From the NCBI RefSeq assembly GCF_001194135.2, contig NC_068983.1:162055744-162110461 (forward strand): 54,718 nucleotides of DNA, written 5' to 3'. The stretch is from Octopus bimaculoides (lineage: Eukaryota). Below the pieces are notes generated by a model, which saw only the letters and a list, made by a program, of their open reading frames with translations, did no database searches and was not told the origin of the DNA. The position numbers and the translations under genes were made by a program. Positions 35,438-48,835 of the stretch are shown here, one piece after another (within the stretch, counting starts at the first letter, position 1; every line of letters begins with the position of its first letter).

Positions 35438-37526
35438 TACATTGTTCACCCCAAAGAAACAAAAATATTATTCTGTTGTTCTCCAAAGTGGTTGCCGACG
35501 TCGATTTGCCACGACGAAGTCACCTGGCGACTTTCGTGTTACGCTTTCACATTACGTAGCATTTATTACGCATATTCCAGTGAAGTTGATACTGTTCACA
35601 TACTGGACACCTCTTTTACTAACAAAATAAAGAAATCCACTCAGAAACGCCCTTAAAACATGCCGCACAAGCACACTTGTATTCATTACATATTTATGTC
35701 ATTGTAAGTAATTAATGCATTCAGAAACAACAAGAGTCATAAAGTTAATGATTATCTCTAAATTTCTGTGGAGTTGATATTCTCTTTATCCATTGTAAGA
35801 CTCGCTGATCTTATGTTTATTCGTCATGGTTCGGTTAAAATGAAGCAGATATAATTACCTGCTATGTGACTTATTCATTAAATACCTAGTTTTATTCTCT
35901 TCTAAGTCGAAACACATGTATTAACCGTTCATTTATCGAGACGAAGTTAAGGGAAGAAAAACCTTCTGAAACAATGAAAACCAAAGTATTCAAGAAATGT
36001 GCGCATTAAATGGTGAATACGGCGTGAAATTATACAATGCATTCCACTGGCAAACAGTTCTAATTACTGGTCTTAAATTTTGCCACATGGTCAACGATTC
36101 CGGAGGAAGGGTTCAGTCGATCCCACTGCTTCCGGTTGCTAACTGGTACTTATGTATCTGTGAATGTGTATGTAAATATGCGCAATGTTCAACCTCCATA
36201 ACGCCGTCTTGCCTTCGTTATCTCAAATATTGGAAAATTGTTGATAGCACATAATTTTGATGAGAAACTTCCAAAGATATTCGTTCCTTTATTTAACCAA
36301 CAAATGTATCATCATTTACATCGCTGATTCATCCCCAAACATTGCAGTTGTCTTTCACTTCGTGACCCGATTCACAGAACAACCACCTAAAACGCTGAAG
36401 ATGTAAAACAAAAAAAAAGTATTCTGTATATTCTTGAACCCAGATAATGGGACAGGAACTCGGATAATTACTTTAACTCCATAAAAATATAATAAAGTAT
36501 TTTGTAAAAACAAGTAAAGCAATACAACTGTGATGGAAGTTAACATACATTTAACAATGGGCGAGATATATAGTTTTATAAATATTCAACAGAAAATTAT
36601 AAATATTAGCGAAAAAAAATTCAAGTATAAACATATGGTACTTCTGTCGACTGCGATAAACCGTGTTTACATTTAGAAATATATTTTATTTTCCTGTGGA
36701 AATATCAAACTCACCAAAGAGATTTGAAGGGAAATATGCTCCCTTGATATTTTGAATAAGGTTTTGTTATGAAAATCCATGTTTTCTATTAAAACACTGC
36801 TGATTCTACAAACTGTTCTGTTTAGATTTAGCAACCAAGATGGCGTCATTTAGTTCAGATCTCTCTGAACTATCAGACAAATCTCCAAAAATAGAAAGAT
36901 GGAGTCAATGAAGTGCTCAAGGTATTTCACTGGTAAGTATTATACTAAGTGTGAATGCTGAATTTAGTTCAACTTCGAGTGAACTAAAATGGAGCAAAAA
37001 CTAGATATTAGAACGTATTTACAATACTGAATCAATATAGATTAACAATATGGAGTTACAATATATAAGGATTAAGGCATCACTTAGTCTTCTGTTGGTT
37101 TTAGCAGGGTCCATTCTTGTGGGAGTATCTAGACCAGGTCAAACCAAAACTTCCTCCCCTTTTTCCATTAGACTCAGAGCTCTTCAAATATACATCGCTT
37201 CCGCCCTCCCTCCACTGACAAAATCTTCGTGGTAGCAGGGGGTCCAAAATATTATGAATCTTATATAGGCGCAGGATCAGATATTTCTGGGAGCAGGGGA
37301 TAGATGAGCATATGGAGCCCTAGAGGGAGGAGCATGACTTTGAATTCAGAAGGTAAAGCGTAGGAACAAATCATACTGTCAGGTATTTCCCCATACTACA
37401 CACATACAAAAACAAATACCCTGTTGATGTTGGTGAAATTCCAGTGCAGGGGCCTTGGATCTAGGTTAGTAACCGGTTCTTTATTGGCAAAAAATCTTGA
37501 AATAGAATTGAATAATCACACACACA

Positions 37527-37574
<48 letters not shown>

Positions 37575-38540
37575 NNNNNNNNNNNNNNNNNNNNNNNNNN
37601 NNNNNNNNNNNNNNNNNNNNNNNNNNNNNNNNNNNNNNNNNNNNNNNNNNNNNNNNNNNNNNNNNNNNNNNNNNNNNNNNNNNNNNNNNNNNNNNNNNNN
37701 NNNNNNNNNNNNNNNNNNNNNNNNNNNNNNNNNNNNNNNNNNNNNNNNNNNNNNNNNNNNNNNNNNNNNNNNNNNNNNNNNNNNNNNNNNNNNNNNNNNN
37801 NNNNNNNNNNNNNNNNNNNNNNNNNNNNNNNNNNNNNNNNNNNNNNNNNNNNNNNNNNNNNNNNNNNNNNNNNNNNNNNNNNNNNNNNNNNNNNNNNNNN
37901 NNNNNNNNNNNNNNNNNNNNNNNNNNNNNNNNNNNNNNNNNNNNNNNNNNNNNNNNNNNNNNNNNNNNNNNNNNNNNNNNNNNNNNNNNNNNNNNNNNNN
38001 NNNNNNNNNNNNNNNNNNNNNNNNNNNNNNNNNNNNNNNNNNNNNNNNNNNNNNNNNNNNNNNNNNNNNNNNNNNNNNNNNNNNNNNNNNNNNNNNNNNN
38101 NNNNNNNNNNNNNNNNNNNNNNNNNNNNNNNNNNNNNNNNNNNNNNNNNNNNNNNNNNNNNNNNNNNNNNNNNNNNNNNNNNNNNNNNNNNNNNNNNNNN
38201 NNNNNNNNNNNNNNNNNNNNNNNNNNNNNNNNNNNNNNNNNNNNNNNNNNNNNNNNNNNNNNNNNNNNNNNNNNNNNNNNNNNNNNNNNNNNNNNNNNNN
38301 NNNNNNNNNNNNNNNNNNNNNNNNNNNNNNNNNNNNNNNNNNNNNNNNNNNNNNNNNNNNNNNNNNNNNNNNNNNNNNNNNNNNNNNNNNNNNNNNNNNN
38401 NNNNNNNNNNNNNNNNNNNNNNNNNNNNNNNNNNNNNNNNNNNNNNNNNNNNNNNNNNNNNNNNNNNNNNNNNNNNNNNNNNNNNNNNNNNNNNNNNNNN
38501 NNNNNNNNNNNNNNNNNNNTATATATATATATATATATAT

Positions 38541-40237
38541 GGTGGTTGTCTACACCCTATGCAGAGTTTGACCACCTCCTGTACCTACACCTTAGTACCC
38601 TCATGGCATCTGATGTGGCTTTTTAAACCCGACACTGTTTTGATAAGACACTCACATAGATTGCATATCCGATTTAGACTACTAAGAGCTGCAGATAAGT
38701 TCTAATCATTGTGGATTTTAAAATGTCTTTTGAGGCCTCCGTTAGATTTGCAAACCATCTAGCATACATTGGATTGAAAGGTGTGCACAGACATATAGGC
38801 AGAATAGTTGGTGGAGGTTCGTTTTGCATGCGTTCGCAAATGAGATTTGAGCCCAGCAAAAGAAAGACATGGTCTGTCACAAACTGTGCACACAAACAAG
38901 GTCATTGTGATTCACCTTCTCGATCGTTACATTCTTCCTTAAATCTCTTTTGAATCTTGCATGCGTTATCCTGGCCTCTTCAAATGCTTTCACTCCACTC
39001 CACACTTTTGTTCACCATCCAACTCGATCTGAAGCGAGGGTTTCTATATCTTCTGGAACCATTCCGAGTGACTTCATAGTAGTCCTTATGCCGTCCTTAA
39101 ACCCTTTTTAGGTTTACGCCGATAGTGTTTCCCCTTTGCAAGCTAACCATAAAACAGTTGTTTGGGTGTGCGTTCATTCGCCTTTCAAACAATATAGCCA
39201 CGCCATCTCATTTGGTTTCTCAAAGCTTTAATTGAGGTGATGCCTGTAGATGCAGGGATATCTGTGTTTGGAGTAAAAGAACTCCATTTAATGTTTAAAA
39301 TGCGAATAAAGCATTTTTGGTGGAATTGTTCTAACAATTTAAAATGTCTTTCATAACATGCCCATGTTTCACAAGAATACAACAGGGATGGTAAGACAAA
39401 TGATTTATAAAGAGCCAGCTTTGTATTGTTATTTATATGTCGCTGGCGCCAATCGCGTGACTCCAAGCCACCAAATGCTTGTGTTGCCCTTTGAATTCGC
39501 AGCTGCATTTCTGTATCAAGACTTCCATCATTTTGTATAAAGCTTCCAAGGTAGATGAACGAATCAACAACCTCAAGTAACTTACTCTTAAAAATTTTTT
39601 AGGGGGGTTATAAACAGCACCACAAGCAGGTTGATGCATTACAGCTGTGTTTTTTTTCAAGTTGATAGCCAAGCCAAAAATCATCACAATCTAAGTCAAA
39701 TGCAGATGCAAAAATTGCAAACTTGTTTCAGAATGAGTGACTAGAACACAATTGTCAGCGTCTAAAATTCCCTAATAAGTGAAGTAAAAACCTTCACTTT
39801 GAATTTCAGTCTGGTCAGATTAAAAGCATTCCTTGATATTAAAAGCATTCCTTCGATATTTTATGTAAATACCCTCCTCAGAGTTTTGAAAAGCGTGTAA
39901 CAACACAACAGCAAAGTATATTGCAAAGAGGGTGGGTGCATCAAGGTCTCCTTGCTTTACTCCATTTTCCACGGCAAAAGATTCAGAAAACCTACCACCA
40001 AAATTAACTCTAGCTTTCATATCTTGAGGCAAAGCTCTGATCACATTTATAAATTTTTCTGACCAACCTATTTTCCTTAGTATTAGCCACAGAGCATTTC
40101 GATTAACAATATCGAATGCTTTGATCAAATCAACAAAGCAATGGTATAGGACAAGATTCTGTTCAATGCACTTTTCTTGCCATTGTCTGATAATAAAGAT
40201 ACAATCAGCTGAGCCCCTGGAGGAGCGAAAACCACAC
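38541..40237 (-). mobile_element. RTE-clade LINE, 5'-truncated, RT to C-terminus with three C2H2 fingers
   Basis: CGFRSSRGSADCIFIIRQWQEKC..FVDLIKAFD..GVKQG..YLGS..LLYSCETW..QMRW..RTPKQLFYG; then FVCTVCDRPCLSFAGLKSHLRTH, FQSNVC*MVCKSNGGLKRHFKIH and RICNLCECLIKTVSGLKSHIRCH in one frame; (AT)n tail. Confidence 0.92.
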
Positions 40238-40246
40238 TGAGGCTAA

Positions 40247-40308
<62 letters not shown>

Positions 40309-40416
40309 GTAGGTACTGTAAATTTTAGAGGTAATACTTGATAAGTGTAAGCACCTGTATATGTCGGATAGTGGCAGAGTCTGTTTTTCAATTTACGTTT
40401 TATATATATATATATA

Positions 40417-40881
40417 CAGAGTGGGCCAAAATTTGTGCGCCAACTTTATGTGTCTATTAGTTTTGTAGTTCCTTGGTGGATGCTGTTATTATTCCAAAAG
40501 TCATTGATTATTCAACGTGTTGAATTTTGTGAGAGAATGCTGACAGAAGCCAGAGATTCCAGATATTTTGATCGACTCATTTTCTCTGATGAAGCGACCT
40601 TCCATGTTTCCGGTCGCATCAACCACCATAACTGCTGCTATTATTCAGAAGATGACCCTGAGGTGGTTTGGGAAGAGCACGTCAGTTCACCTTTTCTTGT
40701 CATTACCTGGCGTTGTGTGAAAACATCATCTGGCCGTACTTTCGATACTGTCATTCCAAAATCCTCGTGCAAGATGGAGCACCTCCTCATTATGACAAAC
40801 ATGTAAGAAACTTCTTCGATCAGTACCTACGAAATCGTTGGATTTTCAAAAACTCCGGGGCACTAATTTTGGCCCACTCTG
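40417..40881 (+). mobile_element. Tc1/mariner-superfamily deletion derivative with both TIRs and TA TSD
   Basis: TA|CAGAGTGGGCCAAAATT..AATTTTGGCCCACTCTG|TA; IFSDEATFHVSGRINHHNC..ENPE-like and VQDGAPPHYDKHVRNFFDQYLRNRWI motifs. Confidence 0.9.
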
Positions 40882-40883
40882 TA

Positions 40884-40932
<49 letters not shown>

Positions 40933-41469
40933 CNNNNNNNNNNNNNNNNNNNNNNNNNNNNNNNNNNNNNNNNNNNNNNNNNNNNNNNNNNNNNNNNNNN
41001 NNNNNNNNNNNNNNNNNNNNNNNNNNNNNNNNNNNNNNACACACACACACACACACACACACAACAAGAAATAATATTTGTCTCTTATTATAGAAACAAA
41101 AGGGTTTATAGGACTGCAAAAGAAGTGCTCAAATATAAACGAGACGAAGACATTTTATTTTATTTTTATCTTTATTTATTTTATATTTGTCCATTGGGCT
41201 TTTTGATAGTTTTCAATTTTTAGTCATTATTTTTAACTTTTGATAATCTGTTCTATTTGTATTTTATTAGAATATATATATTTTTACATTTTGTGATTTT
41301 ATGTATTATTTTTTTATGTGTTTATAGACCATGGTGTTTTTTTATATATGATTAAATGTTTGAGGGGTTGTATTGTATATAAAGTCGTTGACCCACTTAA
41401 GTTTCTGAGGATGGTGTTAAATCGGGAGAAGAATAAATTTCACTCGCTCAGAAACACGAATTTGGCCCC

Positions 41470-41610
41470 CTTCAACAGATTTCCAGACAGTTTAGTTTTT
41501 GTCAACGAAATTTTACAATGTCGACTGGAAGCCATTCAGCCCAAGCTGGGGCACAGTGGGATTGAACTGAAAACCCTGTCTTTGGGAACCACACAACCAT
41601 CTCTGCGCTT
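41470..41610 (-). mobile_element. Old SINE family A head
   Basis: GCCCAAGCTGGGGCACAGTGGGATTGAACTGAAAACC..ACCACACAACCAT. Confidence 0.5.
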
Positions 41611-42702
41611 ATATAGAAGAAGACAACACAGAATCGGGAGAGTGTCGAACAAAATATAAGATGAAATTTAGTTATGTCCTTTTACACCGTAAATTCAAAT
41701 TTTGCCTAGGTCGACCCCATCCTTCCAATATAGGTAACATAATGTAGCAGATGATATAAACCGACGATATCTAGAAGCCAGTGTTCCAGCATGGCCGCAA
41801 TCCAAAATCTAGAACGAATAAAATGATAAAAGCTACGGAATATGGTTATGTATTTCTGATGTTTTGTTGAGATTTTATAAGCTGTAATTTGCCGTTTTGA
41901 AAGGGTCACCAATCCTATTCCGTCTCTGAAATTGCACTGTGGCTCTCAACGGTTTTATTAAAATTACTTTCGATGAAGAATGTCCCAGAGTAAATGTGTT
42001 TTTTTCTTTCTTCTTCTGAATGATATTGTAAAGCTTGGAATGTGATTCTCTAAGTTCATAAGAGAAGAAATTAACTCCAAGATGACTAGCCTAATGAATA
42101 TATGTCAGTCGAAATTGCCATTAGAATTGTTTGGCGTTTGAATTTGTCAGGAAACTTAAATATTTCCAGAAACCTTCCAATAATATAATTCTGAGATAAA
42201 GTGTTTGATAACAAGTTTTATGAGGGTAAGTTTTCTAGTAAGCCAATGAAATAATAGTATCGACATGCGTCAATGATTTAAAAAGAAAAAAAACCTTGAA
42301 CACACCTAGTTTATTTAAAACATCTGATACTAATTCTGTTTACATTGGACAATTACTTCTTGTTTTTTAACATTGTAACTCAAGACTGACATAAAGAGAA
42401 TTTTTCTCCGAGGAATGCAATTATTTTAATATTTCAAATTATCTTTTCAATAAAAAGCAAATTTTTGTATAAATCCATTAATATACCAAGAATATTTAAA
42501 CAACGATCTTTATCTACAAGCAACGACGAAAATACAATGAATACTACTGGTTAATTATTGAGTGACAAGAAAGTTTGCAATGTGTGAAGTTATATAAACG
42601 ATTTAACCCACTAAAATATAACTAACATCACCCTCCTCCTCCTCCTCCTCTTCTTCTTCTTCTTCTTCTTCTTTTTCTTCTTCTTCTTCTGCTTCTTCTT
42701 TT

Positions 42703-43195
<493 letters not shown>

Positions 43196-43789
43196 TTGTC
43201 GTTGCTACTGCTGTCGCCGTCGTTGTTGTTGTTATTGTTGTTGCTATTAATCGACTCTCATTGTGTGAAGATGTCGTTTTAGCGACTCCTTTCAAACAAG
43301 TTTTATTTCAAGTATTACCAAATTGATTTTATTTTTATTGCAGCACTGGTAAAAAGAAACCTAATTGCGCGAGGAAGGGCTGCCCTCGATACTCGTGGCA
43401 TAGAAAATAAAGAAAAAGCGATTCGTTTCACAAACTTTTAAAACTTTAATAACATTTTTCCTTTGAAATCCTCTAAGACATTCGTGTGGAAGAGAAACAA
43501 ATAACGGTTTGTATCCACGTCTATGCATGGTAAGTGGTTAAAAATTCCACTTTCCACCAAATTCCCGATTTATATTGTTTAATTCCAAGCCTTCCCTCTT
43601 TTGGAGGCCATTGTTTGACAATGATTGTCTTCTACGTGTGGCTCTGGCTTTCTAACACAAACTTAAAATCTAGGTTTTTGGTCCATCTGTGTGCGTGTGT
43701 GTGTGTATTTGTGTGTGTGTCTGTGTGTGTGTAGTTTAAAAGCAGTAAACGTTTAAAAAGTACAACGCAGGAAGAACAAATCTGTGCTT

Positions 43790-44200
43790 GGTTAAACAGT
43801 TTAATAGTTTGGTATAACGTTTTGGGCGTTAGACCTTCATCAGAAAGAAAGAAAGAAAGAACCCGAGGTAGAGTGAGAAAGATAAATCGTTAGTGAAAAT
43901 AGAAGGTAAAGAGTTAACAAGCAGCAAGAAACGCTGTTCTATGAGTGAGACAAGAAAGAGAGGTGAGTGTGTAGATACAAGCATCAAAGTGTACATGTGT
44001 CTTGAAGCGGACATACAGAAGAGTGGTATGTGAAAATGCAGGTATATATATAGAGAGAAGAGAGTTGTGAAAGTATGTAAATATAGTGGCGTTGGATTGT
44101 GATGATGCTGGTGTTTGTAATTGTTAAGTGAAGATGTGAAAGTGTGTATGCGATGTGAGAGCCTGTTGGGAGAGAATAAAGGTATCAGTGAAGCTCATAG
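43790..44200 (-). mobile_element. Possible Penelope-like 3' UTR/pLTR remnant with degenerate hammerhead-like motif (43812-43845)
   Basis: Pyrimidine-rich minus strand ending CTGATGA-A-GGTC-TAAC-GCCC-AAAA-CGTT. Confidence 0.3.
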
Positions 44201-44329
44201 GATGAAATAATGAATGTGGAAAGTGTTATTAATGTGTGTATGCGCAGGTGTATAACAAAAATACGTAGGGTCGAGAAAAAGCCTTTTAACAAAACCAATA
44301 TCCGAAAGGGTGTGTGTGGCTGTATGTGT

Positions 44330-44864
44330 GAAACAGTTCCCAAAAATGGAAATAAATTTAAATGAAATGCTTATTTCGACTTTTGAAAAATTTCTACATT
44401 CAAAGAACAAACGCAATGTCTGTTGTGGCGTGGAAATGGTGACCGATTACAGAGTTCAGTTATAAAATGTTATAAATGGCGTTTTAAGGACGATGCATTC
44501 CGGACTTTTTAACGTGTGTGTATGTGCTTGTGTTCGTGTTTTTCCTTATAAGTTAAAAACCGATATAGTTTATGTTTGAAAACATTTATGTCCCTTAATC
44601 CAGCGGTTCGACATGTAGAGAATGATAAAGTAAGTACCAGGTTCGATTCAATAGTGGAGACTCCCCATCTAAAACTTTTAGGGAAGGACCCTAGTATGGC
44701 GGCAGTTCAATTAATGAAAGCAGAAAAAAGTACAACAGTACGATATATGTTCGTACGTAGATGCGTGACTAAATATGTGCATATCTGTGTGTTTGGGTAT
44801 ACGTTTGTGTGTATGTGTATTCTTCTGTGTGTGTATGTGCATGCGCGCGCGTGTTTGTGTGTGA

Positions 44865-44912
<48 letters not shown>

Positions 44913-45256
44913 CTCAATGTAATGTAACAATTCTGAAAGAGAAAGAAGAGTGCCATAAGAATAAATGCCATGAGTCTGGGATGGAATTGGTGGAGCAAAA
45001 ATGATGTTTATTTGTCTGTACCTGCCCACCCTTCCCTTTCCTTCCCTAATTAGAAAAAGACAAAGCACAAGAGAAACAGTTCCCAAAAATGGAAATAAAT
45101 TTAAATGAAATGCTTATTTCGACTTTTGAGAAATTTCTACATTCAAAGAACAAACGCAATGTCTGTTGTGGCGTGGAAACGGCGACCGATTACAGAGTTC
45201 AGTTATAAAATGTTATAAATGGCGTTTTAAGGACGAAGCATTCCAGACTTTTTAAC
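44330..45256 (+). repeat. 184-bp direct repeat pair (44330-44513 and 45073-45256)
   Basis: GAAACAGTTCCCAAAAATGG..GACTTTTTAAC, about 5 substitutions by eye. Confidence 0.9.
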
Positions 45257-45811
45257 CTTTAAAAACACTGAAATTTATACATTGAAAAATATATTTAAAT
45301 GCGGGCGCGCACATGCACACACATACACACAAACAAATAAACACACACACAAGGACAACCACATGCACACACATATCCACATTCTCAAGCAAATACTATG
45401 TATGTGTATGTGTATATGTGTGAATAAAGATGATATTTGTCTATAAAGATGTAGGAAGCCACGCATAAGCGCAGGCTGGGTAGTTAAGANNNNNNNNNNN
45501 NNNNNNNNNNNNNNNNNNNNNNNNNNNNNNNNNNNNNNNNNNNNNNNNNNNNNNNNNNNNNNNNNNNNNNNNNNNNNNNNNNNNNNNNNNNNCTCAACCG
45601 ATTTTCACCAAACTTTACACACACATTACCTATGACCTAAGGATGGTCATGCACTATAACATTTTCCCCAAAGCTCCTGCGTAAATGGACAAACCGGGAA
45701 AAATGGTGGTTTATACGGGATTTTCTCTAATTCGTTGTATGTACTTAGTTTTTTTGTATGTAAGGTCTTCCATACTTTTAAAATCTATATGGTCGTATAT
45801 TGGCAGTAAAG

Positions 45812-46425
45812 TATATTAGTTGAATAAAGTTAAAATATGGTCTGGTTTTCATGTCTTTTATGGTATTTTAACATTAAAAAACATTTTGTAATGTTCATAA
45901 AGGTCAATTAGCGCTTTCATACGTTCGTAGTAATCATCAGATTTCAAAATGTATTTAAATGTTCGTCGAATTCTTGACAACTGTAGTAAAATGACTGACT
46001 TCTTCCTTTTTGTATCTCTTAGAACGCTCCACCAAGCTGTATTTTTGGAATACGGTTTTGACCAATCCGCATGCACCTTAAACGTAATATTCTGTAATTT
46101 GTTTATATTCATATGTTAAAGATATTTTTAAGCCACTTCATTAATTAGTTGTTATATTATTGTTGTTATTTGTGTTCAGAACAGGTTTGAACGTTTTAAT
46201 AAACAGTTTTATCTTTCTTCCAACCTCACTTGTATCATGTAGTTTGTGGGACTATATACAGAGAGACAGGGAATGCAGTTAAATACATTTTGAAATCTGA
46301 TGATTACAACGAACGTATGAAAGCGCTAATTGAACTTTATGAACATTGCAAAATATTTTTTAATGTTAAAATACCATAAAAGACGTGAAAACCAGACCAT
46401 ATTTTAACTTTATTCAACTAATATA
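45812..46425. mobile_element. MITE with about 147-bp TIRs and TA ends (Tc1/mariner-like)
   Basis: Arms 45812-45958 and 46279-46425 (TATATTAGTTGAATAAAGTTAAAATATGGTCTGG..GTATTTAA) are near-perfect reverse complements. Confidence 0.85.
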
Positions 46426-46455
46426 TTATTCTATACACATTCACACAAATTCGGA

Positions 46456-46501
<46 letters not shown>

Positions 46502-47969
46502 NNNNNNNNNNNNNNNNNNNNNNNNNNNNNNNNNNNNNNNNNNNNNNNNNNNNNNNNNNNNNNNNNNNNNNNNNNNNNNNNNNNNNNNNNNNNNNNNNNN
46601 NNNNNNNNNNNNNNNNNNNNNNNNNNNNNNNNNNNNNNNNNNNNNNNNNNNNNNNNNNNNNNNNNNNNNNNNNNNNNNNNNNNNNNNNNNNNNNNNNNNN
46701 NNNNNNNNNNNNNNNNNNNNNNNNNNNNNNNNNNNNNNNNNNNNNNNNNNNNNNNNNNNNNNNNNNNNNNNNNNNNNNNNNNNNNNNNNNNNNNNNNNNN
46801 NNNNNNNNNNNNNNNNNNNNNNNNNNNNNNNNNNNNNNNNNNNNNNNNNNNNNNNNNNNNNNNNNNNNNNNNNNNNNNNNNNNNNNNNNNNNNNNNNNNN
46901 NNNNNNNNNNNNNNNNNNNNNNNNNNNNNNNNNNNNNNNNNNNNNNNNNNNNNNNNNNNNNNNNNNNNNNNNNNNNNNNNNNNNNNNNNNNNNNNNNNNN
47001 NNNNNNNNNNNNNNNNNNNNNNNNNNNNNNNNNNNNNNNNNNNNNNNNNNNNNNNNNNNNNNNNNNNNNNNNNNNNNNNNNNNNNNNNNNNNNNNNNNNN
47101 NNNNNNNNNNNNNNNNNNNNNNNNNNNNNNNNNNNNNNNNNNNNNNNNNNNNNNNNNNNNNNNNNNNNNNNNNNNNNNNNNNNNNNNNNNNNNNNNNNNN
47201 NNNNNNNNNNNNNNNNNNNNNNNNNNNNNNNNNNNNNNNNNNNNNNNNNNNNNNNNNNNNNNNNNNNNNNNNNNNNNNNNNNNNNNNNNNNNNNNNNNNN
47301 NNNNNNNNNNNNNNNNNNNNNNNNNNNNNNNNNNNNNNNNNNNNNNNNNNNNNNNNNNNNNNNNNNNNNNNNNNNNNNNNNNNNNNNNNNNNNNNNNNNN
47401 NNNNNNNNNNNNNNNNNNNNNNNNNNNNNNNNNNNNNNNNNNNNNNNNNNNNNNNNNNNNNNNNNNNNNNNNNNNNNNNNNNNNNNNNNNNATATATAAA
47501 GATAGATTAAATATAGAGATATACTATTGACAATTCAATCATTTATTTATATTACAATATTACATTAAATACTATGAAAATAATATATAATATAACATAA
47601 TATAATATAACATAAATAATTATAAAAACCATAAAAGGCCAACAAATTGTTTCGACTTATATTTTTTCTGATATTCACAATTACAGTTCCATTATATATA
47701 TAAAGTCACTTCAGGGTCTTGGCTTTAGAAAAAGACGAAATTCCGTGTGAAAGGACGGCTGGATTGTAAAAATTAATTCAAATGTCTATGCATTATGAGT
47801 GTGAGCGTTAACTATTCAATCATACAATTAAAAAAACAATAAAAACGCTTTAACGGACGACACAATCAAGTAAATGCAATCCACAACCATATATACACAC
47901 ATACATACATATATATATATATATGTGTGTGCGTGTGTGTGTATGTGTGTGTGTGTGAGTGTGTGTATA

Positions 47970-48156
47970 CAGGGTGGCCCAAAAGTAGGTTTACAGTTAC
48001 CATGTAGGCACTTTAAATTTCTTTTAAAACATTTTATTACATTTAAATTTCTATCTTATAAACTGAAAAGGGAGCTTGACAAAATTAACTAAATTAACAT
48101 AGAATAATGCTTTCATATTTTTTTATAAATAAGATCTGAGCTGTTGGGCCACCCTG
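47970..48156. mobile_element. Tc1-like MITE, 187 bp, TA TSD
   Basis: TA|CAGGGTGGCCCAA..TTGGGCCACCCTG|TA. Confidence 0.85.
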
Positions 48157-48161
48157 TATAC

Positions 48162-48194
<33 letters not shown>

Positions 48195-48616
48195 TGTATG
48201 TATGAATGTATGTATGTATGTATGTATGTATGTATGTATGTATGTATGTGTGTATATGTACGTACGTACGTTGTATGTATGTATGTATGTATGTATGCAT
48301 ATAGACTGATAGATTGATAGATAGGTAGATACATACATGCGCATATGTATGTGTGTATATATGTGTGTGGGTGTGTGTATCTGTGCACAACTGTATACGT
48401 TTAGAAAGTCACACCCCACCCACTATTATCTACCTATATTATTTTTTTATTAAGTTCTCCTTTACAATGAACTTTTGTTAAAGAAAATGTCTTTTTATTT
48501 TCTCACCAACCAGCAAGATCTATTTGAAAATGTAGACATATGATCTACATACAAACATACACATACACACAAATATATATATAGATGTATGTATCTTTTA
48601 TATGTATGTAATGTAT

Positions 48617-48699
<83 letters not shown>

Positions 48700-48761
48700 A
48701 CAGTGATTTCGAAGTTTCACCCAGTTATGCCATCGCGTGACTGAAAATAAAAACAAACTTT

Positions 48762-48809
<48 letters not shown>

Positions 48810-48835
48810 CAGATAGATATATTTACATGCATACA

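Noticed and set aside
41395-41460. CTGAGGATGG.. hammerhead/PLE-like start
   Set aside because: No pairing stem II adjacent to a GAAA.
45593-45790. ACCGATTTTCACCAAACTTT motif reminiscent of Helentron-associated repeats
   Set aside because: Truncated by a gap; termini not visible, so it cannot be supported.
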